Positions 49,264 to 59,774 of a stretch of DNA of 64,000 nt are shown one piece after another; position 1 is the stretch's first letter; each line of letters starts with the position of its first letter. The position numbers were made by a program, and so were the translations under genes. Below the pieces are notes generated by a model. That model was not told the DNA's origin, made no database searches, and worked only from the letters and a program-made list of their open reading frames with translations. The stretch is from Promethearchaeota archaeon (lineage in GTDB: Archaea; Asgardarchaeota; Lokiarchaeia; Sigyniarchaeales; SOKP01), in assembly GCA_048938855.1 (NCBI GenBank), contig JBHLLT010000001.1, positions 256,124 through 320,123 on the forward strand, written 5' to 3'.

Positions 49264-50739
49264 ATGGCTAAAAAGAAAATAGAGGCTCCTATAACAGGCA
49301 TTACCGTGTCAAAAGAAGAGGATTTTTCTGGTTGGTACACGGAATTGATTAATAAAGCAGAATTAGCTGATATTAGATATAATATTAAGGGTTTTGTTGT
49401 ATACAGAGAATGGGCAACCCTTACAATTAGAAAAATGTACAAGAAAACAGAAGATTTGTTAGATAAAAAAGGTCATCTTCCTTTAACAATGCCTTCTCTT
49501 ATACCAGAATCAAATTTTTTATTAGAATCTCAACATGTGGAAGGGTTTACTCCAGAAGTGTTCTGGGTTACTGAAGCAGGGAGTTCTGGCAAATTATCTG
49601 AGCGTTTAGCATTGCGTCCAACAAGTGAGACTGCTCTTTATCCGATGTATTCTTTATGGATAAGAAGTTATAAAGATCTACCATTTAAAAGATATTTATC
49701 TTGCCAAGTCTGGAGATATGAAGGAAAAATGACAAGACCTTTCTTTAGAGGAAGAGAGTTTCACTGGATTGAATCACATAATGTATTTGCAACAATGGAA
49801 GATGCGTTAGAGCAAGTAAAAGAGGATATGGAATCAACTTATCAGATTCTTAGGGATGAATGCTGTATTCCTTTAATATTTTTCCAGAGACCAGAATGGG
49901 ATAAATTCCCAGGTGCTGTTCATACATATGCAGCTGACGCGCTAATGGGTTCAGGAAAGGTTCTCCAGTTACCTTCAACACATCTGTTGGGACAAATATT
50001 TTCGAAACCATTTGGAGTAAAATTTGTTGATAAAGATGGAGAAGAGAAATATGGTTATCAGACTTGTTATGGACCAGCTCAGAGCAGAAATTATGGTGCT
50101 ATGATTGCGTATTTAGGAGACGATAAAGGTTTGGTTCTCCCTTTTGATTTAGCACCAATTCAAATTATTATAATCCCCATCATATATAAAGGAAAAGAAA
50201 AAAAAGTGCTGGACAAAGCAAAGGAAATCTATGATCTCTTTAAAGACAACTATCTTGTAAAGGTAGATGATTCAGATGAATCAGTTGGAAATAAATTTTA
50301 TTATTGGGAATTGAAGGGTGTACCCCTCAGAATCGAAATTGGACCAAAGGATATAGAAAAACAGCAAATAGTTCTTGTTAAAAGACATGATGGAAAGAAA
50401 TATCATATAAAGGAAGGACAATTGAAAGAAAAGCTTGAGGAGATCGCCCAGAATTACACTAACGAAATAAAAGAAAAATCTTTAGTTGATTTTGAGTCTC
50501 AAGTTGAATGTGTTTATGAAAAGGATGCAGCTATCGAAGCGATAAACAATGGAAAAATTGTATGTTGTGGTTTTTGTTCAATTGATATGGATGGATATCA
50601 TTGTGCTGAAGTGGTCGAAAAGGATATTGGTGGATTTGTTCGTGGAAAAAGAGTTGATGAAGAAAAGCATGAATTTGCCACTTGCGTGATATGTGGAAAA
50701 CCTTCTAGTTGTACAGTGTACATAGCAAAAAGTTACTAA
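49264..50739 (+). CDS. proS: Proline--tRNA ligase (archaeal/eukaryotic type)
   Basis: FSGWY, ALRPTSET, RPFFRGREFHW, WELKGVPLRIEIGPKD, C-terminal AKSY. Confidence 0.97.
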   Translation: MAKKKIEAPITGITVSKEEDFSGWYTELINKAELADIRYNIKGFVVYREWATLTIRKMYKKTEDLLDKKGHLPLTMPSLIPESNFLLESQHVEGFTPEVFWVTEAGSSGKLSERLALRPTSETALYPMYSLWIRSYKDLPFKRYLSCQVWRYEGKMTRPFFRGREFHWIESHNVFATMEDALEQVKEDMESTYQILRDECCIPLIFFQRPEWDKFPGAVHTYAADALMGSGKVLQLPSTHLLGQIFSKPFGVKFVDKDGEEKYGYQTCYGPAQSRNYGAMIAYLGDDKGLVLPFDLAPIQIIIIPIIYKGKEKKVLDKAKEIYDLFKDNYLVKVDDSDESVGNKFYYWELKGVPLRIEIGPKDIEKQQIVLVKRHDGKKYHIKEGQLKEKLEEIAQNYTNEIKEKSLVDFESQVECVYEKDAAIEAINNGKIVCCGFCSIDMDGYHCAEVVEKDIGGFVRGKRVDEEKHEFATCVICGKPSSCTVYIAKSY

Positions 50740-50791
50740 TATTTAGCTAAATATATTAATTGTAAATTCTTATTTTTATCAGTGATCTAAT

Positions 50792-50968
50792 ATGTCATCT
50801 AAAGATAAAGTTCTGGATGCGTTTAAAAGTAGTAATAAACCTTTACGTCCTGGTGAAATAGCTGAACAAGTAGGGATTGAATCTAAGGAAGTATCGAAAA
50901 TCATTAAAGAATTACGAGAAGAAGGGAAAGTATATTCACCCAAACGTTGCTACTATGCAATTAAATAA
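50792..50968 (+). CDS. Small winged-helix DNA-binding protein (58 aa)
   Basis: Not in the ORF track. MSSKDKVLDAFKSSNKPLRPGEIAEQVGIESKEVSKIIKELREEGKVYSPKRCYYAIK*. Confidence 0.85.
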   Translation: MSSKDKVLDAFKSSNKPLRPGEIAEQVGIESKEVSKIIKELREEGKVYSPKRCYYAIK

Positions 50969-51031
50969 ACAAAAAGCCTTAATAAATGATTTTTATTTCT
51001 ATTTTTAATATTAGTTTCAGTTGATTCAGTA

Positions 51032-51823
51032 ATGGTAAAAATTGATTTTCATGTACATGCACAAAAACTCGAAACTCTTCTAACAGATAAACCAGAATTT
51101 TTAGAAAAAGAATTAATATTAGAGTCCATGGATGAAGCAGATATAGATTATTCTGTACTCCTTGTTGTTGCTAAGCAAGGAGAATTAGAAAATACGAAAA
51201 AGATGAATGACCAACTATCGGAAATCTGCCATGATGAACAAAGATTATTTGGTTTCGGGTCTATCCATCCCTTGGACGGAAAAGCAGCATTGGAAGAAAT
51301 GGAACGTTGTATTCAGGATTTGGATTTACGGGGATTCAAATTCCATCCCTTAATTCAAGAAATAGACGTTGGGGATCCTTCATTAGTTAAAATATTTCAA
51401 AAAGCTGCTGAATTAGAAGTTCCAATTCTAATTGATTCATGTGATCCTAGAGATGCAACACAAGATACTAAATTCTTTAATTTGGCCATTACCTGCCCTG
51501 AAACCAAAATTTGTTTTGCTCATGTTGGTTTACATCGTTTTATGAATTATTTCATTTTTGGGTACCTTAAAGATAACCCTTATTTCAAAATGAATGTGTT
51601 CTTTGATCTTACTGGTATTTGTTCTATTTTTAAGGATTCACCATTCCATAATCAAGTTCGTTGGATTACCGAGAATCTTGGATCAGATCGACTTCTTTTC
51701 GGATCAGATTATCCTGGAAATGACCAAAAAAATTCTATTGAGGATATTTATAGCTTTGGTTATCCAGAGGATTGGCTTCCGAAAATTTTAGGGGAAAATG
51801 CAATGAAGTTATTAAAAATTTAA
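51032..51823 (+). CDS. Amidohydrolase-2 family protein
   Basis: IDFHVH, GFKFHP, FAHVG, LLFGSDYP, ILGENA. Confidence 0.9.
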   Translation: MVKIDFHVHAQKLETLLTDKPEFLEKELILESMDEADIDYSVLLVVAKQGELENTKKMNDQLSEICHDEQRLFGFGSIHPLDGKAALEEMERCIQDLDLRGFKFHPLIQEIDVGDPSLVKIFQKAAELEVPILIDSCDPRDATQDTKFFNLAITCPETKICFAHVGLHRFMNYFIFGYLKDNPYFKMNVFFDLTGICSIFKDSPFHNQVRWITENLGSDRLLFGSDYPGNDQKNSIEDIYSFGYPEDWLPKILGENAMKLLKI

Positions 51824-51928
51824 CTCAATATATAAATATTTTATAGAGCCTCCTTATATTTATCACTCCTTAAAAGTTATAAGAATTTCTTTAAAAAAGA
51901 GAAATTAAAAAAAGAAAAGATATAAACT

Positions 51929-52093
51929 TCAATGAGAGTAATTTAGTGGGATTGATTTATTTTGTTGCTCTTTTATAAATTTAGTTTCAGAATTGATATA
52001 GCCGCAATTTATGCATTTTACAGTCTTTGGTGGAAAATAATTTAACACTTTTGGCATTTTCATTGAAGCACAATTAGGACAATAATAATACAT
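51929..52093 (-). CDS. Small zinc-ribbon protein (54 aa)
   Basis: Not in the ORF track. MYYYCPNCASMKMPKVLNYFPPKTVKCINCGYINSETKFIKEQQNKSIPLNYSH*. Confidence 0.7.
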   Translation of the reverse strand: MYYYCPNCASMKMPKVLNYFPPKTVKCINCGYINSETKFIKEQQNKSIPLNYSH

Positions 52094-52182
52094 TTTTCAA
52101 ACCCTTCGATTCAAATTATTATTATCTTAATTTAAGGTTTTTAAGAATCATTAAAAACTACTATAATTTAATTTAGATTGTA

Positions 52183-53085
52183 ATGAATGATTTTATCCAA
52201 CCTATTTCAGAGGAATTTGGTAAAATTAATTTCATTGAAGGGGCAAGAGATGGTAAATATCCGTATTCAAACTCTTTACTTATAGGAGATTTCTTGATCG
52301 ATACTGGAATTTCCAGTAGATTAGTAAGAAAACTAAAACGACTTTATCCAATCAATAATGTATTGATTTCTCATTGGCATGAAGATCATACTTCAGGTAA
52401 TAGATTATTACCTAAAGCTAAATTTTATATTCATCTCAAAGACAAGTTTTTAATAGAAAATGTTGACAAATTTAATGAATTTTATGGAATCTCTAATTCT
52501 CCAGCAGAAGAAGAATATGATTGGCTTATGAAAGGTTTAAGGCTTGAGAACTCTAAAATTGATTATATTTTAGAGGATAATCAAGTTATAAATGTTAATA
52601 GTGATTTTAAGATAAAAGTTATACATACCCCAGGGCATACAGCAGGGCATTGTGCATTTTTAGAATTAAACTCTGCAATAATATTTTTAGCTGATATTGA
52701 TTTAACTAATTTTGTATTTTATGCAGGTATTGATTCAAATTTAGTCGATTTTGAGGATTCGATTCATAAATTGAAGATATATCAATTAAATGCAGCGGTT
52801 TCAGGACATCGAGGGGTGATTGAAGGAGATAGAAATATAAAAGAAGAGTTGAATAAATATTTATTAATAATTCATAAACGAGATAAACGAATTTTATCCT
52901 ATCTCTCAGAAAGTACTCCAAAAAATGTAATAGATTTTAAAAATAGAAATTATATCTATAAATATTATAGTCAATTTAAAGAATATGAAATTATCGCTGA
53001 AATGATAATGATTCAAAAGCATTTTGACAAATTTCTTGAAAAAGATTTAATAGAAGAAAAAGGAAATGGTTATGTGTTAAGCTAA
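52183..53085 (+). CDS. Metallo-beta-lactamase-fold hydrolase
   Basis: LIDTG, SHWHEDH, HTPGHTAGH, ADID, SGH. Confidence 0.9.
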   Translation: MNDFIQPISEEFGKINFIEGARDGKYPYSNSLLIGDFLIDTGISSRLVRKLKRLYPINNVLISHWHEDHTSGNRLLPKAKFYIHLKDKFLIENVDKFNEFYGISNSPAEEEYDWLMKGLRLENSKIDYILEDNQVINVNSDFKIKVIHTPGHTAGHCAFLELNSAIIFLADIDLTNFVFYAGIDSNLVDFEDSIHKLKIYQLNAAVSGHRGVIEGDRNIKEELNKYLLIIHKRDKRILSYLSESTPKNVIDFKNRNYIYKYYSQFKEYEIIAEMIMIQKHFDKFLEKDLIEEKGNGYVLS

Positions 53086-53101
53086 AAATGGAGGAATATT
53101 T

Positions 53102-53872
53102 TTGAGAGATATTGTTTTATATGAAAAAGAGGACGATATTGGAAGAATTGTATTAAATAGCCCAGAAAAAAGAAATGCTATAGATTTAGAAACCCTAAAA
53201 AGGTTAATTGATGCATTTAAAACTAGTGCAGAGAATAATGATATATGTGTTATTTACACTGCAAATGGCAAAGACTTTACTGTAGGCGCTGATCTAAAAT
53301 ATGGATATGCACTACTTACGGATATGACCCGCACGTTAGAATCTGTTGAATTTTTAGAATCATTCCAAAATTTAACGAGAAGTATGATTTCTCATCCTGG
53401 GATAATAGTTGCGGGTCTTCATGGATGGGTAATAGGTGGTGGATTTGAACAATTATTATATTGCGATTTGCGAATTGCTGCTAATAATACCCGAATTATG
53501 CTTCCAGAGCTAGGGGTAGGATTATTCTTTTCAAATGCTTCTACAAAACTCTTACCAAGAATTATTGGAGAGGGGAAAGCAAAAGAATTGATGTATTTAG
53601 GCTCAGAAATAAGTGCTGAAGAAGCCCTTAATATAGGATTAGTGAATCAAGTCTGTAAACCAGAAGGATTGAAAAGGATTCTTAAACGAACAGCTAATAC
53701 AATAATACAATAAGACCATCTTGCTCTAAAATGGGCAAAAAGGTTAATAAATAAGAATCAAGAAGAACCAATTGAGACTGTTTTAGATGAAGAATTACGT
53801 GTAATGATCTTGACGGGGCAATCAGCGGATCTTAAGAAAAGGCTCGAGAAATTTGTGAAAGATAAGCGCTGA
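53102..53872 (+). pseudogene. Enoyl-CoA hydratase/isomerase interrupted by an in-frame TAA at 53711-53713
   Basis: FTVGADL, GWVIGGGFE, LPELGVGL. The frame continues after the TAA as DHLALKWAKRLIN...ETVLDEE...SADLKKRLEKFVKDKR to TGA at 53872, the normal crotonase C-terminus. Confidence 0.75.
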
Positions 53873-53920
53873 TTTATTCTTTTTCTAAAGTTTTTTTTAT
53901 AATTCACAATTAAAATAAAT

Positions 53921-55051
53921 ATGGTTAGAAAAGACCCAATTTTGTTCAAAAAATATCCTAATTTAAAGGATAAAGTACCATGGATCCCTTTACTCTTAAA
54001 TTGCCCTACACCGGTTCAAAGATTAGCAAATTTAGAAGAATATTTCAATTTAGAAGGGCAAATTTACATTAAACGTGATGATATAAATCATAACGTTTAT
54101 GGTGGTAATAAACTACGTAAGTTTGAGTTTTTATTTGCTAATGCACTAAAAAGAAAGAAAAAAAAAGCGATTGTAACTTATGGAGGTATTGGTACTAATC
54201 ATGGTTTGGCATGTGTGATAGTATGTAATAGTTTTGATCCTCCTATAAAATGTGATTTATTTCTTTACAATCAGCCTCTTACAAAGCAAGTTCAACAATC
54301 ATTATTATTGTTTAAATATTTTGGTGCAAGAATGCATCTAGGGAAAAAAGACATAGGCACTTTTATTAAAGCATTATTTTTCTGGATTTTTCATCGTAAA
54401 TATGATTTTATTCTGCCTGGGGGAACTCCAATTTTTGGGAGAGGAACTCCATTAGGTACTGTAGGATTTATTGAAGCCATACTAGAATTAAAGGAACAAA
54501 TTGATAAAGGTTTAATGCCTGAACCAGAAATCATAATTGTAGCAGGTGGAACTACAGGAACTGCAGCGGGATTAACAGCTGGTTGTAAATTAGCAGGTCT
54601 AAATACAAAAATATTTTGTGTAGCTGTTTACAAAGATTTTCTTGCTAACGCCTCAAATTTAATTAGCAATGCAAATAAAGCGCTCAAATATTTACATAAA
54701 GCTGATAATAATTTTCCTAAAGTTAAAGTTTCTGAAAATGATTTCAAAATGATAAAAGGTTATATAGGTGCTGGATATGGCCATCAAACAATAAAGGGAC
54801 AAAAGGCAGTAAATCTCGTTTTTAATTTGGAGGGTAAGGAAAAAGGATTTCTTTTAGATACTACTTACACTGGAAAAGCAATGGCAGCTATGTTTGATTG
54901 TCTTAAGGAAGAAGAAAATCGAGATAAAATATTTTTGTTTTGGAATACATATAATTCAAATGATTTAAGTGAGTATTTTGATGAGATTAAGTTTGAGTAT
55001 AAAGCTTTGCCCAAGAAATTTCATAAGTTTTTTGAAAATCCCAGTCCTTAA
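53921..55051 (+). CDS. D-cysteine desulfhydrase / ACC deaminase family PLP enzyme
   Basis: PTPVQRL, IKRDD...GGNKLRKFEFL, TNHG, GTTGTAAGL, LDTTYTGKA. Confidence 0.9.
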   Translation: MVRKDPILFKKYPNLKDKVPWIPLLLNCPTPVQRLANLEEYFNLEGQIYIKRDDINHNVYGGNKLRKFEFLFANALKRKKKKAIVTYGGIGTNHGLACVIVCNSFDPPIKCDLFLYNQPLTKQVQQSLLLFKYFGARMHLGKKDIGTFIKALFFWIFHRKYDFILPGGTPIFGRGTPLGTVGFIEAILELKEQIDKGLMPEPEIIIVAGGTTGTAAGLTAGCKLAGLNTKIFCVAVYKDFLANASNLISNANKALKYLHKADNNFPKVKVSENDFKMIKGYIGAGYGHQTIKGQKAVNLVFNLEGKEKGFLLDTTYTGKAMAAMFDCLKEEENRDKIFLFWNTYNSNDLSEYFDEIKFEYKALPKKFHKFFENPSP

Positions 55052-55061
55052 AATCAGTAAA

Positions 55062-56051
55062 CTAAATAATTTTCAACCTCTGCAATAAACCCGTAATCAA
55101 AACTGGTAAAGCTATAGTAGCATCACACCATACACTTACATGTTTTGACTCTAAAGAATATTTTCCCCATGATTTTGCCTCAGAAAATGTACTTCCTGAA
55201 AGACCACCATCATATTCCATAGCAGTGTGAATTCGAACTGAATAGTTATATCCCATTTTAATAATTTTATCAAACTGATCTAACATAGGAAAGATTTGCT
55301 GAGCCCAATTTCTAGGAACACCACCACCTATTATAATTGTTCCGTATTCTTTAAAAGTTTTAACGATTTCCCCAAACTTTTTCACATCTCCTAAGATATC
55401 AAATTGAAAATCATATCCTTCATAATAGTCATATTTTAATAACTTTAATGCTAACTCTGAATCTGAGAAGGCTGGTATAAATATCGGTATGTTGTGTTTA
55501 GCAGCCAATGAAAGAATACAATCAACTGAGAGTTTACTCCCAATTTTTTTTAGAAATTCTGAGGGAGTAATTTGAATATTTTTTTCATTAAATGCAGTCT
55601 GAATAATTTCTAGCAATTTAATATCAGCTTTATCATAATTTTCTTCAGGCAGAAATATGTCATAAATCCTATTTATTCTATATTTAAATAATTCATCATC
55701 ATTAACATTAGGGCTTCCCAGATAATGTCCTATATTACTAGCGGCATCTACTAAATCGTGTGTAATATTGGCTCCTGTAGTTATTAAAACATCTATTAAT
55801 TCATGTTGAATTAATATCGAGATTAATTCTCCCATCCCTGCAGGAACCATTGCACCACTTAAAGTTAATACAGTGAGACAATTTTTATTTGTAACCATTT
55901 TTTCTAATATATCAAGAGCCAAACCAAGATTTCTTCCTTGAAAACCGCAGGATTTAAGCGCTATTAAAAAATCTTCAATATTATTGACATTTTTAGGATT
56001 GAAAGGTTTTACTTTTTTTATTAAATAATCTTCTTTTTGATGAGTTTTCAT
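55062..56051 (-). CDS. dys: Deoxyhypusine synthase
   Basis: GFQGRNL, TTGANITHD, INRIYD, GGGVPRNW, DGGLSGSTFSEAKSWGK, DATIALP. Confidence 0.93.
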   Translation of the reverse strand: MKTHQKEDYLIKKVKPFNPKNVNNIEDFLIALKSCGFQGRNLGLALDILEKMVTNKNCLTVLTLSGAMVPAGMGELISILIQHELIDVLITTGANITHDLVDAASNIGHYLGSPNVNDDELFKYRINRIYDIFLPEENYDKADIKLLEIIQTAFNEKNIQITPSEFLKKIGSKLSVDCILSLAAKHNIPIFIPAFSDSELALKLLKYDYYEGYDFQFDILGDVKKFGEIVKTFKEYGTIIIGGGVPRNWAQQIFPMLDQFDKIIKMGYNYSVRIHTAMEYDGGLSGSTFSEAKSWGKYSLESKHVSVWCDATIALPVLITGLLQRLKII

Positions 56052-56384
56052 AAATAAAATTAAATGCTTTAATAATTTTAAAATGATCTATTTGAATTTT
56101 TTCTAAAAGTCTTGAAATTACCTTATTAAGTTTAAAATAAATCTTTTAGTTGAGTATATATAAATTGAATCTTTAAGAGAGGGTTTACTTTAGCTTTTTA
56201 ATTCTTTTTAGTATCCTATTTCATTATACTAGAGAACTATAATACTGTATTATATTAATGGGATAATAGTTCCGAATATAAATGTTAAAAAATTTAAGTT
56301 ATGTCTTTAGTTTCAAATAATTTTAAATATAACTTTTAATATTAAGATCTTAATCGATAAGTATAAAGAAATAATGATAAAGTT

Positions 56385-56933
56385 ATGTCATTAGTCCCAA
56401 AAAAGGTATTCTTTGTTAAGGGTAAGGGATTTCACAAATCTAAGTTAGCTGCTTTCGAGCAAGCCCTTAGGGATGCAGGAATTGAAAAATATAATTTAGT
56501 AAATGTGTCTTCAATTCTCCCACCATACTGCATTGAAATTCATAAAGATGATGGGTTAAAACAATTACGGCCAGGTCAAATTGTGTTTGCTGTTATTGCT
56601 AGAGCGGAATCTAATGAATATAATAGATTAATTTGTTCCTCTATAGGTGTCGCTAAACCTGCAGATAAAGGACAATATGGGTATCTAAGTGAACATCACT
56701 CTTTTGGCGTAAAACCAGAGAATGTAGGAGATTTTGCCGAAGATTTAGCCGCAGAAATGTTAGCAACAACTTTAGGCATACCTTTTGATCCTGATGCAAA
56801 TTATGATGATAAAAAGGAAGTGTTTAAAATGGGAGGTAAAATAGTTGAGACGAAAAATATTACTTCCTATGCGACTGTAAGAGAAGAAAATGAATGGGCA
56901 GCTGTAGTTGCTGCAGCAATTTTTATCCTTTAA
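56385..56933 (+). CDS. pdaD: Pyruvoyl-dependent arginine decarboxylase
   Basis: AFEQALRDAGIEKYNLVNVSSILPP (SS cleavage site), YGYLSEHH, LAAEMLATTLG. Confidence 0.93.
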   Translation: MSLVPKKVFFVKGKGFHKSKLAAFEQALRDAGIEKYNLVNVSSILPPYCIEIHKDDGLKQLRPGQIVFAVIARAESNEYNRLICSSIGVAKPADKGQYGYLSEHHSFGVKPENVGDFAEDLAAEMLATTLGIPFDPDANYDDKKEVFKMGGKIVETKNITSYATVREENEWAAVVAAAIFIL

Positions 56934-58518
56934 TTTCTCTGAAATAATTAATATCTATATCTTTAAAACATGAGTCAATAGATTCAATCTCTTCTAATTC
57001 TCTAACAGATATACGACTTTTATCATTTGGATCCTTTGCAGCCCAGATCAATTTATTAAATCGCTGGTGATGATGATGAAACCTCTGATTAGCATATTCT
57101 TTTGCTTGTTTTGTGTAAAGGAGAAAGGGCCAATCACTTCCCTCCAATAATAAAAGCTCTCTAGCAGCTTGCTGTAAGACTCTTTTAGCCCGATCATTAG
57201 GATTGAGATTTAGATTCAAAACATTTTCAAATTCTTTAACCGAACCATTGATATAAGGCCAGATCCAACCATGTTCCGGATTCTTCCAAACTTGAAAATG
57301 ACCTCCTTCCCCCCAACTACTCTCCTTCATTTTTATTACTGAAAAACTGTCTTTAAATTTAGATATATAATCACTAATAGTGATTAATTCTATATTTTCG
57401 TTGTTATGAATCAACTCAAATATTTCATTTAACCAAGAGATCCCTTCCATCCACCAGTGACCATAAAGTTCAAAATCATATGGAGAAATAATAATTCCTT
57501 TCCTCTGGAATTTGTCTGAAAACTTTGTTAATTCCTCAAATACTAATGAAACAAAATGATTAGCATGATGTTTTATTGTTTGTTCTGCCTTCTCAATATC
57601 ATAGAGATGCTTTTCTCCTTTTCCAAATTTTTTATTGGTGATTCTCCAATAATGTAACCCTGACTCATGATCTTTTTTATGAAACTCTCTATAATATTCA
57701 TTTCCAGGATATCCTATTTTTGCATCCCATACTTGTCGACTAGTTTTTTGATTTCTGCCAAATACCGAAACTCCTGTTTCCAAGAGATATCCGAAATCTG
57801 TATCTAATCCAACAATACTCTTACTCTCTAAGAGCTCAGCATCTATTATTCCGTGAGAATCAACAAAAAAATATTCTATACCTGAATTATTTAACCAATA
57901 ATCAATACTTTGCCTCAAATTTCCATCTTTATATTCTTTAGGCCGGTAAGCACATTCAGGAAGCCATATACCTTTAGGATCTTTGTTAAAATACTTTTTG
58001 TGAGTATCAACAGCTATCTGTATTTGGGAAAAAATTCCAGAATCATTCTCAAAAAGTGGTAAAAATCCATGTGTTGCTCCACATGTAATCAATTCAATCA
58101 TTTCCTCATCTTGGAGCCATTTAAAAGTGCCTAATAAATCTCGATAATAATTATGATAAAAAGAATTTAATATATGCTCAAATTTCCTTAAGTAGTATTC
58201 AGCAATGGTTTTTCTTTCTTGATGATTTTCAAATCTCTGGATATCATTTTTTACTCTTAATATCAAATCTTCCATATATTCTGTAAACCGCTGTTTCATA
58301 TATTCATCTGCTAATTGCTCAGCCAAGATTGGTGTAATGTTTATGGTGATAGCTGTTTTTACTCCCTTTTCTTTCAATTCTCTTAAGATATTTAACATCG
58401 GAATATATGTTTCGTTCATGGCCTCCATAAGCCATTCTTCTCCTGCAGGCCATGTTCCCGACTTCTTACACCATGGAATATGTCCATGAAGAACTAAGCC
58501 AAAATATCCTAAAGTCAT
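56923..58518 (-). CDS. GH57 family 1,4-alpha-glucan branching enzyme
   Basis: LHGHIP, EEWL.EAM.ETYIP, THGFLP, WLPECAY, YDFELYGHWWMEG, SSWG, SDWPF. Confidence 0.92.
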   Translation of the reverse strand: MTLGYFGLVLHGHIPWCKKSGTWPAGEEWLMEAMNETYIPMLNILRELKEKGVKTAITINITPILAEQLADEYMKQRFTEYMEDLILRVKNDIQRFENHQERKTIAEYYLRKFEHILNSFYHNYYRDLLGTFKWLQDEEMIELITCGATHGFLPLFENDSGIFSQIQIAVDTHKKYFNKDPKGIWLPECAYRPKEYKDGNLRQSIDYWLNNSGIEYFFVDSHGIIDAELLESKSIVGLDTDFGYLLETGVSVFGRNQKTSRQVWDAKIGYPGNEYYREFHKKDHESGLHYWRITNKKFGKGEKHLYDIEKAEQTIKHHANHFVSLVFEELTKFSDKFQRKGIIISPYDFELYGHWWMEGISWLNEIFELIHNNENIELITISDYISKFKDSFSVIKMKESSWGEGGHFQVWKNPEHGWIWPYINGSVKEFENVLNLNLNPNDRAKRVLQQAARELLLLEGSDWPFLLYTKQAKEYANQRFHHHHQRFNKLIWAAKDPNDKSRISVRELEEIESIDSCFKDIDINYFREIKG

Positions 58519-58595
58519 TTGCACGAAAATTAATGTTTTATTTATAATTTAGTCTTATATGATTATTATATTCTTATGAAGAGTTGATATAAATT

Positions 58596-59762
58596 ATGAG
58601 TAAAAAAATAAAAGCTATAACAGCTCCCCCTAGTCATGAAGAGTTATCAAATCGTCTTAAAAACATAATAAAATTAATGAAAGAACAGGATTTGGATTAT
58701 TATATTGCATTTAATCCTGTAAATATATATTATTTAACAAATTTCGCATTTTATGTCCATGAACGACCGTTTATTCTAATAATTGAAAAAGAAGGAACAT
58801 TAAAAATGTTAATTCCTAAATTAGAGAAGGGACATTTTGAATCTAGAGTACGATGTGAAGTTGAGTTGGTTATATATTATGAATTTCCAGCTCGAACTGG
58901 GGAAAACTGGTATGATTATTATCAAAAAATAATTGATCCTCACGCTAAAGTAGGAATTGAGTCTGAATTACCAATAGGTATTGCTAATAAAACTCCTGGA
59001 GAAGTTGTTGTTTCAGATATTATTGATGAAGTTCGAATCATTAAAACTGAATATGAAATAGGTCGAATTTATCACGCATGTCGAGTAGTAAATAAGGGAC
59101 AAAAATTAGTGTTTAAAAAATGTCGTCCAAAAGTTCTTGAATTAGCTTTATATAAAGAAGTCAGTGATGCTATGACATCTAAAATTGTGCAAGATATACC
59201 AAATGCTAATTTTAGAATTTCAGAAACCAGAGGAGCTGTTTGGCCTCCTTCAATTTCTCATGATCCTCACTTAGTACCACAAATATTTGAGCCTATGGAA
59301 GAAGGAGGACCACATGTTTCAATAGTGTATGCTCAGGTAGATGGATATGGAGTTGAAATTGAAAGGTCATTCTTTTTAGGTTATGTTCCCGAAAAGGCTA
59401 AAAAACCTTTTCAAGTAATGTTCGAAGCGAGAGCTTTAGCTTATAGTATGTTAAAGCCGGGAATAATCATGAGTGAGGTGGATAAAGCAGTAAGGAATTT
59501 TATAATTGAAAAGGGGTATGGTGATTACATAATCCACCGTACAGGACATGGTCTTGGGATTACAGGCCATGAAGCACCTTTTTTAGCAGAAGGGTACGAC
59601 AGACCATTAGAAAAAAATATGGTTATTAGTGTTGAACCTGGAATATATATACCGGGAATAGGAGGATTTCGTCATTCTGATACTGTCTTAATCACAGACA
59701 CAGGATACCAAATACTAACCAAAGCTCCAGAAACTCTTGAAGAACTTATAATCCCTATTTAA
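58596..59762 (+). CDS. Xaa-Pro aminopeptidase / M24 family peptidase
   Basis: RIIKT..EI, HRTGHGLG..HEAP, SVEPGIY, GFRHSDTV. Confidence 0.88.
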   Translation: MSKKIKAITAPPSHEELSNRLKNIIKLMKEQDLDYYIAFNPVNIYYLTNFAFYVHERPFILIIEKEGTLKMLIPKLEKGHFESRVRCEVELVIYYEFPARTGENWYDYYQKIIDPHAKVGIESELPIGIANKTPGEVVVSDIIDEVRIIKTEYEIGRIYHACRVVNKGQKLVFKKCRPKVLELALYKEVSDAMTSKIVQDIPNANFRISETRGAVWPPSISHDPHLVPQIFEPMEEGGPHVSIVYAQVDGYGVEIERSFFLGYVPEKAKKPFQVMFEARALAYSMLKPGIIMSEVDKAVRNFIIEKGYGDYIIHRTGHGLGITGHEAPFLAEGYDRPLEKNMVISVEPGIYIPGIGGFRHSDTVLITDTGYQILTKAPETLEELIIPI

Positions 59763-59774
59763 TTCATTATAATT

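Noticed and set aside
53711-53713. Programmed recoding (Sec/Pyl) in the enoyl-CoA hydratase
   Set aside because: The codon is TAA, not TGA or TAG, and the position is not catalytic.
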